Positions 54,538-64,000 of a stretch of DNA of 64,000 nucleotides are shown one piece after another (within the stretch, counting starts at the first letter, position 1; each line of letters begins with the position of its first letter). Where the stretch lies: NCBI RefSeq assembly GCF_002105155.1, contig NW_019028980.1, positions 1,488,001 through 1,552,000 of the forward strand, given 5' to 3'. A program made the position numbers and the translations under genes. The notes below the pieces were generated by a model, which saw only the letters and a list, made by a program, of their open reading frames with translations, searched no databases and was not told the origin of the DNA. This stretch comes from Lobosporangium transversale (Eukaryota).

Positions 54538-57500
54538 CATCAACAGCAACTTCATTCTCTTCCAAAACCTTTTTAAGTGAGAATACATCGATATTCTCTA
54601 TTATTAATATGACTTCGGACTTGAGATACGTAGTAGTTTCTTTGATTCCATTGTCTTTACGTTAGACCGTTGATTCTTTGTTTTCTGGGAATTGACCTAA
54701 AGAAGGAAGATTTAAGAAATAACGGAGGCAGAAATTAGTCTCATGTAGTCCTTTGTCCCTAACTTTGGCCTTTATTCAAAACTCAAATGTGGTGGACACC
54801 CGAGGGAGGCAGATAGAAAGAGTTTGTTTTCATTGATCACCCAGCCATGCTTCATATACCATTCCTAGTCCTTTGGACGTTCGTGTTCTCTTTCTTATGC
54901 CCTCAATCACTTTTTTTCCTTCACGTCGTAGGTAACTTGATATCTGTTGGAGCGACTGTGTCTGCAGAGCCATCTTCAAACTTTTTAGGCCCCGATATCC
55001 GATCGAGCACTTTCACTGTCAATAGTCCTAGTTTAGGCTTTGGATCAGGTTCAGATCCAGGCACAGATTCGGACTCGCATTGCACCTTCTCGATCGCATC
55101 ACAGTTAGACACACATCCATTACCAACCACACTTCACTACTGCCCCTCTGTATCCGGTATTCAATCACCACAACCACGCGAGCGACCGCTCTCTTCCATT
55201 TCCGAACATTCCATAATCCCAGCATTACTACCAGCCCCCTTGTCTTCATTCTCAATCGGGCCATGTCCAAGTCAATCGAATGAGTCTTTTTGTCCATCGC
55301 ATTCGCGTCGTCATTCCAGCTTAACTAATCCGATAGTGGGCATTTACGAGTCAGCTTCTCAGACAATTAGTAAGGGATTTCATTATTTCCTTTTTCTTCC
55401 CTCTTTTGTACTTTTGTTTCCATGCAGATTATAAAAAGTGGATATTTATAAACAAGAGTTGCATTGTTGTCCATCCTTCACTTCCTTGGTGACTAAATCG
55501 CTCGTTCTCATCTACTTTTGTCTGTTCTATTTCCTTCTTGATCCTTCACTGCCATTTGTCCCACTGGAACCCTGCACTGTGCCTTCCTTGTTGCTCGACT
55601 AATTGCCATGCGGACGCAATAATGTTACATATGCCCAACACATAACTTTCCTACTAACTATCGTCCTCAATCCTTTGCATGTCTCATGCTCCACCTTTAA
55701 CTCCTTCGTTTCCTGATTCCAGCATCAACAAACCAGTTGAACTGCGGTTCGGTTGATCAAGGTTCTTTTTCTCCGACAGCAGCATATCATCACCGTTCAC
55801 AATCATCCCCTATACCGCACAGGGCACCTGTTGAAACAGCAGTTTCCTTTACCACGACAGATATTAATTCAGGTGAATCTCTTTCAGACAAGCCATCCCA
55901 TTACAGGCATAGCTACCACAGCAACGGCATCAATAATAACAATAACAACTTATATAGTTATCGCCGCCATCAACAGTTTGTCCAAGACCAAAACGAGGCT
56001 TCATCTATTTTTGGGACTGAAATTCAACCCCTGCGGTTCCTTTCTCAAGACGACAACAACAACAATAGCAGCGACGGTAGTCTCATTACCACACCGGAAC
56101 TCCAAGCTCAAGTGCTGAGTTCACTTGATTTCCTAGAGTTCCTAGAGACTTGCCTCCTCTCTGATCAGGAGGCTAAAGCTCTCTGCAAAAGACGCAAGAG
56201 GCCACAAAGTTGGGTTGCGATTAAGAATTTTGTGAGCCACCGACTCCTAGGATTGTCCAAAGCTAACAGAGATAAGAACAAGAATAACAATAACAATAAC
56301 AATAGCAATAGCATCGAGAGCAGCAATCGCAGAAATAGCAACAGCGGTAGTAACGAACAGCTACGAGGAGATCAGCAACAACACATTGATCTCCATCGTA
56401 ATAGACATAGTGCACCATTAATTGATTCTTCGACTTTATCATCTGCATCTGCACCGTCAATTCCAATTATTCGATCAGCTCCGCTCGGCCTCTCTCCTCA
56501 TTCAAGCTCATCTGCTCCACCTGTGCCTTGTCCTATCTCCTTAAGGAGCCCTCCCTTGGTAAGTCATATAATGACAATAATGACATCAAAAGCAAACAAA
56601 AAACAGTCCCGCTGGAGTGCATGATGGTATGGGTGTGTATGTGAGAAGAAAGAGAAAGAGAAAGAGGAATCCATGCTTCAGGGCAAGTGAGACAGTGGTG
56701 CAATGCAATGTAGCTTCCCTCTTTCATCCAGGACGACGACGTGCTGTAGACTGTCAAAGAATGGAAGAGCCCAATCCGGAGAATTGTCTCACTTTGGGTC
56801 TGTGCATCACCAGCACGAATATAAACATGGCTCTTTCAATACACAAAAGAGAGCATTTGCTCAATTATTAATATTCTGTTTTGAGAGTTGCGTGCCTGAC
56901 TTTTTCGTTCATGTTGTTAACCATGTTTAGTTTTTCTTTGTTCTGACCTCATATAAAACAATACTTGCAGATCCGTGCTCAAACCATCCGCGACATTCAA
57001 GGACGCACAACCATTTCTCGGCAAGAAAACAGTTGCACTCGCGGGGGCAGGAGCGTTGACGATCGAAACACATGCCCTTCTGAACATCAACACGCGTCTG
57101 AATCCAATATAAGGGCTCGCATCTCCACAGCAGCTCCTGCGTCTTCCTCTTTTGCATCTCTTTCTTCTCATCATTCCTCCTACAGTCATACTTCGTCCTC
57201 TTCTTTCATTCCACTTTCTAACGTCAGCAGAGATACAACCCCTGAAACTGGTATTGCTTATTCCAGCAGCATTAATAACACCAATAGCAACGTTAATAGC
57301 AATAGACCTCGTACGGTGTACAGTCATTCATCTCCTCTCTTTCCTTTCTTCATCAAGTCAACTCCCTCCACTCGCTTCAGTAACCCTATAGCAGCCTATT
57401 CCAGAATACATTCTCATCTACATTCCTCAACATCAGTTGCATCTACCGTTTCATCTTATACAACATCTTCTAACAATAATAGTACTATCCATCGTTATCA

Positions 57501-60500
57501 ACACCGCCAACACCATCTCATCCCCCATACTCGTCCATCTTCAGCCATGTCAAATTATACTTCTCCCTCAATGAGTTCATTAGCCTCCAGCTCAAATATA
57601 TCTTATTCCTCCTCCTCCTCATCATCCACTGGTGCATCGGCGTATACTATCATACCAAGGACTTCATCCAAAAAACCAACCGGGGGTCAACACCCTCTTG
57701 CCATTGTATCCACATTTGATTCTGATCTAGACTCAATTGCCACCACAGAAGCATTCGACACAACCGAAATTGATCTTCGGTACCAACGGAAAGATATCTA
57801 TCGGTGTGACCACTCAGCAGTACCTACTGCAATCATTGCAACAGAGACTGCCAACTTTACGTCAGATAACGATACTGAAAAGACTATTAGTAGCGAACTA
57901 AGCTACGAAGATATGATCTCAACCAATGGATTGCCTCGACCATTAGACAGCAAACAGCGTGATTTAAGCATTTTGAAGAGCTCTATTAAATCCGGATCCC
58001 CTCAGGTTCACATGCTGCAAATCAAGCCAGGTATGAATGCAGATGCTGGTGGAGCACAAAATCAAAATGCAAGATTACACAACAACCATAATTGTTATTC
58101 TCATGGGAATTTTTTGATGGAGCATGAGTGGAATAGTGTGGATATTGCATCAGACAGAAATCAACCAGTTTCATCCTTGACAACATCTCATTTAGGAATG
58201 CAAGAGCCTTCTGTAAGGCCTGTATCACATTCACAATCACATTCACAGTCAATATTATGCTCTCATCCTCCCTTACATATTGAGCCCGCGACCTCTGTGA
58301 GCATATCAGCTAATCTGTCTCCACCCAAACGAGAGATTGAAAAATGGATGTCCTCATCATCCGGTCAACGTCAGCCTCGGGATGCAGTACAACATGGGCA
58401 ACCAAAGCTGCGAGAATCGCATTCACGATTTCATGTTATTTCCAGGTTGCTAAAACAGCGTTCCTTTAATTTCTCATCCTCATCTTCTCTTTCCTCCTCA
58501 GGTAACCCAGGCTCATTACAGCAGAACAATACAGTCAATACTACGGCCCCTGAAGTATCAGGATGTATTTCAAGGCATGGACCTTCCGGACCCGTCTCAG
58601 AATCAGGAATACATGGCAGCATATCTCGAGCTACAGCCTGTGATATTCCACGATCCGTTGGACCGCCTGATCCAATCCCACCACATTACCAACACCTCCA
58701 GAACCGAAACGACAGGCGATCGAGCATATTCCGGAGGAGGTCTCATGGGGGGGAACTGGACCGATTCCCTACTGGCTGGATCGTTTCCGAAGGAGATAAC
58801 ATCTCTTCTACAGTAGTGAATAGGGCAGCTACGGATAGTAATAATCGGCAGCCATCCCTTGAAGCGCTTCGACCCCCCATTCCTCGGCGACATGCCTCCT
58901 TGGGCGTGCAGCCTAGCAATTCATCCATGTGGGGCCGTTTGCTAACGTCGATTTTCCCGCCCTCTGGATCTGGCAATGTGAGTGGACAGCACTTCCGCCA
59001 AGAGAACTCAGGGCAGAATGCCACTGAGGGAAGCATTGTGGATTTCTACTTGCAACAACAGGGTCTCTTGCCGTCACATACTAGGGCTCAGCATCAACAG
59101 CAAAATCAACAGCGGTGCTCTGCTGCTCATCAGCACCCAACATATCGGCAGCAACTATATTTCTACGTGGATGAAGCTCTTGATGGTCTTGCAAGTGGCG
59201 GAACAACAGACTCTGACAACAGTTTCTCAAATGATGAGGACTTTGGTCGAAGACGTTCCTCATCCGAAGAGAGCACCGACCATGAGGATGCACCATCGTT
59301 TTTCCCAGATTATGGTCGTTATCAACATCACCTTACTACTGATGTCAACCTTCAAAACGAGCTTGCATATGAGGACAGGAGTGAAAGAATCGAGTTAATG
59401 CTTGACTCACCACATGATACTAGTGCCACGGCTATGTCTCCTCAAGCGACAGGCACGAGCACAAGTACAGGCGAAGGTTCTGGAGGCTCACTCATCTCGA
59501 GGACCACACCAACGTTGGTAGGAGAGGGTGGAAATATCCCAGCATCCCGTTTGGCTTTGACTTCCCCTCCTTCATATTGGGAGGCAGCGATCAAATACCA
59601 GGGCTTCCCCACGATTGAACCCCGCCCAGAACAGGGTCAGGAACCCTTGCCTCGATATACATGCTCGGTTTTCCGTGAGGGATGTGTTAACCGCAAGACC
59701 GAACTTGTTGGCAATTGGCGACCATATCGTCGTCCTTGGAAGTATGTATACGTCTCTCTTTTTTTATTTTATTTTATTTTATTAAAAAAAAAATACATCA
59801 GTAATCTAATCTATAAATCTATAACCAAATCCCGTTTGACAGGAGAACATTTGCACATTTACGAGGAACAGCACTTCGGCTATACGCTGTAGATGCAGAA
59901 GATGTGCCTCGGTTGCATGTTCGCAATATTAGTCTGCAGCTCGCCAAGTGTGAGTTGGCAATGGACTATAAGCAACGACCGAACGTGGTTCGAATTCAAG
60001 CTTGCGACCGTACAATATTGCTCGAATGCAAAGACCGAGTCGATGCGTTGACCTGGCTCGAACACCTGCAGGCAGCTGTCAACATTGCTACGAGCCTTGA
60101 GGAGCGCTCCATGCCCAGGTTCTACACCTTACCTAGAACTCACCATCTCCGCCTTGGTACAGGCTCACACCCCGCTACGAACCCTTCGACGTCATCGTCG
60201 AGTCAACGCCAGTCGTCGAATGGTGATAGCAACGGCAATAGTTCTCAAAATCAACAACAAGCGCAGCAGGAGCAACAACAGCCGCAGCCACAGCCACAGC
60301 CACAACACCAACAACAACAACAACAGCAACAACAACAGATACAGCAGCGAGGAGGAAGAGAAGAAGAAGGGCAGCAGCAGAGACAGCGACAGGTACCAAC
60401 CTCGGCCCCAAGTGAACAGACTACCTCGAGACCGAGACCATCGACTTGTCGTGAGCGACAGATGTCATTCGAACGCACACCAAGGCCATCGCAGCGCCAA

Positions 60501-61454
60501 CGGCATGCATCGATGGACCAGGTACCATCAGCATCACCATCTTCTTCATCTACAGGAGCTGCTACTCCGAACCCATTCCAGCAACTACAACAAGTTCTTC
60601 AGAATCAGCAAGAGCAAATCTTGATGATTCAGGCCCGCGTTCAGAGAGAACAACGGGCTCGTCAATTTGAAGTACAATCAAGCGATAATAACGAGTCACT
60701 CTCGGTGCTACCTGGATCAAGAGAGATTCTACCAGTATCATCACCTTCATCGTCTTCATCCCCATCTTCGTCAGCCTCTACATCGTCCTCACCAAGAAAC
60801 GCATTTAGAAGTCGTCGCCGAACTTGCCCTCAATCATCATCTCAGTCCCCATCCCAACCCTCAACTCAGGGACGTCGTATGCGAGCCATCAGCCTGACGG
60901 CTGCAAAGGCAGCTCCTATGGTTCGTGAGCCTCAAGAAACAGATCTGATTATGAGATCCGCGCCCAACGCTCTTAGTGGAGGCAACGATAGTCGGGCTAC
61001 TATTGCTGTTGTTAATAGTAGTGGCAGTGGCCATGTCAGGAATCAAGGTGGTCCGAGCTCTAATTTGAATTCTTCTGGCAATGAGAGCAATGACGGTAAT
61101 GATGAGGGAATCGCTCGTAACATAGCAGAAGGGCGAGCACAGCGGTATCGGACGTCAGCTGCCGCTTCTAGCCCTGCCCTCCTCTCTTTCTCTTCCTCCA
61201 GTTCTGGCTCTAGGTCCGCACCAGCCCCAGCTTCGGCTTCCAGACAACGACATCATGCTGATCAAGAGAGGGCCAATAGAGAAAGAACGCGATTCGCCTG
61301 TGCTCAACAGCAACAACAGCTTCAGTTACTGCAGGGGTATCACGGGCAGCAGCAACAAGAACAGCGTCAGCGTCAGGAGCGGTCCAGCTGGAATAGACGA
61401 TTGTTTGGTAACATGTGGGGACAACAACAGCAAGCATCAGTAGCAGCAGCATGA
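53363..61454 (+). CDS. Very large (~2170 aa), mostly disordered protein with a fungal PH domain (YHR131C/YNL144C-like) and PY motifs
   Basis: Exons 53363-54212, 54932-55369, 55723-56558, 56971-59741 and 59843-61454 join in frame. PH region: LPRYTCSVFREG..RKTE...RPWK..AHLRGTALRLY...ISLQLA...DYKQRPNVVRI...WLEHLQAAVNIATSLEERSMP. The 5' exons are less certain. Confidence 0.65.
54496..54536. repeat. Poly-A tract (~41 nt), intronic
   Basis: Uninterrupted A run. Confidence 0.9.
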
Positions 61455-62709
61455 TCAGTTAAACAACTGAACCAATTGTAAAAGTACATGTACAATTACC
61501 CCTATATCAACGTAAAAAAAACTTGATCACATTCCACGGTTGTTCGTAAAAAAAAAAAAATTCATGCTCATGTGCACAAAAGAATTGTTTAAAGTCAATA
61601 AAAATGCGGAATATCACATTACCATTACGTTTGCTAAATCGGGGGTCATTGCTTTCACTGACATAACTGTATACTCCTTAGACATGCCATGATGGCCACA
61701 AGATTGAAGCAGTCAGGTCGACTGGAGAAAAGGGGAAGTAACAATTGAAGAGAGAGTATGGAGGCAATAAAGTGAAGAGCACACTTGTTAGCGGGAAAGA
61801 CGGAAAAATAAATAATAAAATATATAACATGTACATGTACCCTCAATTGTTCATGAGAGCGATGGTCCCAGACAAAGGGAAAGAGGGGAAAGAATGTGTA
61901 AGAGAGGGGGGCGGAGTGGATGGCTCATCAATTTTTCTGTTCCAACATGCATGCATACCATTAGTATGGTGATTGAAAATTGGAAGGAGATGGGTCCAAA
62001 TGTAGTTAAAAATGGGACCGTTTTGATCATGGACTGCTGACCGTTGACCAGTGGAGAATCGGATCCGGGCATACGCCCAACAGTTCACGTAATCCTTAAT
62101 TGCCTAATTGCGTTTCGCGTGGCGATTGAGATATGTTCCACAAGGAATAAAAGGAGACCAGTGATCATGATCATGATCATGACGACTATGATGATGAAAA
62201 GAAAAAAAAAAGAAAGAAAAGAGAAAGAATAATGGCATGCAAACTTTGCAGGATGGGAATCTCTAATTTGACTGACAATGATTTTTTATTTTTAATTGTT
62301 TTGACTGTAACAAAACGCCCAGACTGTTGGTCAAGGAAGGATGGAAGCAATGTGGGCCATGGGCTAAAAAAAAGTGTGAGCGTTGAAGTTGAAGACGGGA
62401 AGGAAAGGGACCCATCCATTGCTCACTTCGTTATGGAACAGAATAATGAAAAACCTCTTGAGTAGAGCAGACCACATTGAAAGCTCGTACATCCTATCCT
62501 TTCCTCTGACTTTCTTGCTTTCCATCGTTTTTTCTTTTTTTTTTTTTTTTTTTTCTTTTTCTTTTTTCTTTTTTCTTTTCTTCTTCTTCTTCTTTTTCTA
62601 ACTGTTCATCCTTCAGCAACTGGTTTTCACTTTCCTTCCTTTGTAATTTTTTCTTTTTTTTTTTTTTTTTTTTTTTTTTTTCTTTACTTCTCATTCCATT
62701 TAAGATCAC

Positions 62710-63382
62710 ATGAACAATCGAGATCCCACCCAGGTCATCACCACCCCTCCTTCCGCTACCACTCCTTCCTCCCCTTCCTCCCCTTGTCCTTCCTCCTCTG
62801 TCCTTTCCTCGCCCAAAAACCATGCAGAGGATTCCCCCTTGACGGGTCTTTCAAAGATCAAGGCCACGGCCCTTCTGCTCAAACAAAAGGTCGCTGGTAC
62901 CAGCAACAAACCTCAGAAACAACCCAACAAGATCGCACATCCATGGAGTCTCAATTCCTCTTCTCGGTCTTTTTCCTGTCCTTCTCCTACTTCTCCTCAA
63001 AGTCATCGTAGTGGAGGAGAAGAAGGAGCTATAACCCCTCAAGGTCTAAAGAAGGAATCTATAAAAGCAATGATTGTTGCGAGAGAAGATCCATCCCTGA
63101 GTTGTAATAAAATGGCTCCTTCAGGGACACAACCTGCACCAGCAGCTCAGAAACGAGATTCTGCCAGGGCAATCAGCTCTACTGCAGCTGCAGATGCAGA
63201 TGCAGATGTTGGTATAACCGAGGTTCAATACTCACCCAAGCTTTCAGAGCAACAACACCAGCAAATTCATTCTCCTCCCCTTACTCCTACAGCCATTAGC
63301 GAAAGCAGAAATAACAGCAGTAGCAACAACAACGACAATGACAACAATAATAGTAGTAATAATAGTAACAATAACAACAACG

Positions 63383-63415
<33 letters not shown>

Positions 63416-64000
63416 GCAGTAGTAAGGGGGAGGAGAAAGGGGATATCAAGAATGACAACAGTGAACATATTTCCGTGGTATGCGAAAGACATCAGGATCA
63501 GCAGGACAGGAATCATTCGATCCTTACTAATCCTACTAGTCCTACTAGTCCTACAAGTCCTACAAGTCCTACTGGCTCAGATGCAGCAGGCAGGAGGTCA
63601 ACAAGGAGAAGGACTACGCGTGGAGATATGCTCGCACCTAGCCAGTTTGCGCCTTCACCGTCTTCATCTACACCGTTGTTCATGAGGGCCTTTCAAAATC
63701 CAGATGCTGCCACACTCATACCCACATCCGTCAACAGTGGTAGTAGCAACAACAGCAATGACGGCGATGCCTTCAATACCCATGTTCATTCAAGCATGGT
63801 CGCTACCACACAGGATACCTCACGCTCACGCGGTAGTCGTAATTCTCGAGCAGCAGAAACAAATCAGCCTTCGGCTGTTTCACCTTCGATGCAAACTGAC
63901 ACAGTTAGTGTAGAAAGACCAATAGTAAAGAACGGTAACAACAAGAGTGCTACAGAACCAATGACGCCAACAACACCCACAACGCCCAAAGTGTCATCAT
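62710..64000 (+). CDS. Hypothetical Ser/Pro/Asn-rich protein, N-terminal part (runs off the window's right edge)
   Basis: ATG at 62710 after a pyrimidine-rich leader; frame appears open to 64000. Contains in-frame (AAT)n poly-Asn and TSP repeats. No domain recognised. Confidence 0.6.
63385..63414 (+). repeat. (AAT)10 microsatellite encoding poly-Asn
   Basis: Perfect trinucleotide run, in frame with the ORF starting at 62710. Confidence 0.9.

Overview
Intron-rich eukaryotic DNA with many long A/T homopolymers. It is a fungal nuclear chromosome segment, and gene content and style suggest an early-diverging fungus, probably Mortierellaceae (inference). There are about 18 protein-coding loci: SWC5 (partial), a LYR-motif protein, an OAC1-like mitochondrial carrier, a short/branched acyl-CoA dehydrogenase, HSP78, a split-PH protein, an ABCC transporter, a DUF4112 protein, ZNF830, GLO3 ArfGAP, mS34, MAD1, RPL17, SPRTN, SMC6, a ~2170-aa disordered PH protein, a partial low-complexity ORF, and two LRR paralogues. 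Two things stand out. (1) An ORF-less, multi-intron non-coding host gene at ~16.4-18.3 kb carries one box C/D snoRNA per intron: snR57-, snR55- and two snR61-like RNAs, plus one with an unusual 25S target. (2) Two paralogous LRR genes (25.9-29.3 kb and 31.5-34.9 kb) share an exon-encoded N-terminal module, a coiled coil, a conserved Cys/His domain and C-terminal LRRs, but have no NTPase; one of them is disrupted. Exon boundaries were worked out by hand from GT/GC-AG signals and frame continuity. Family assignments come from recalled motifs, not from database searches.
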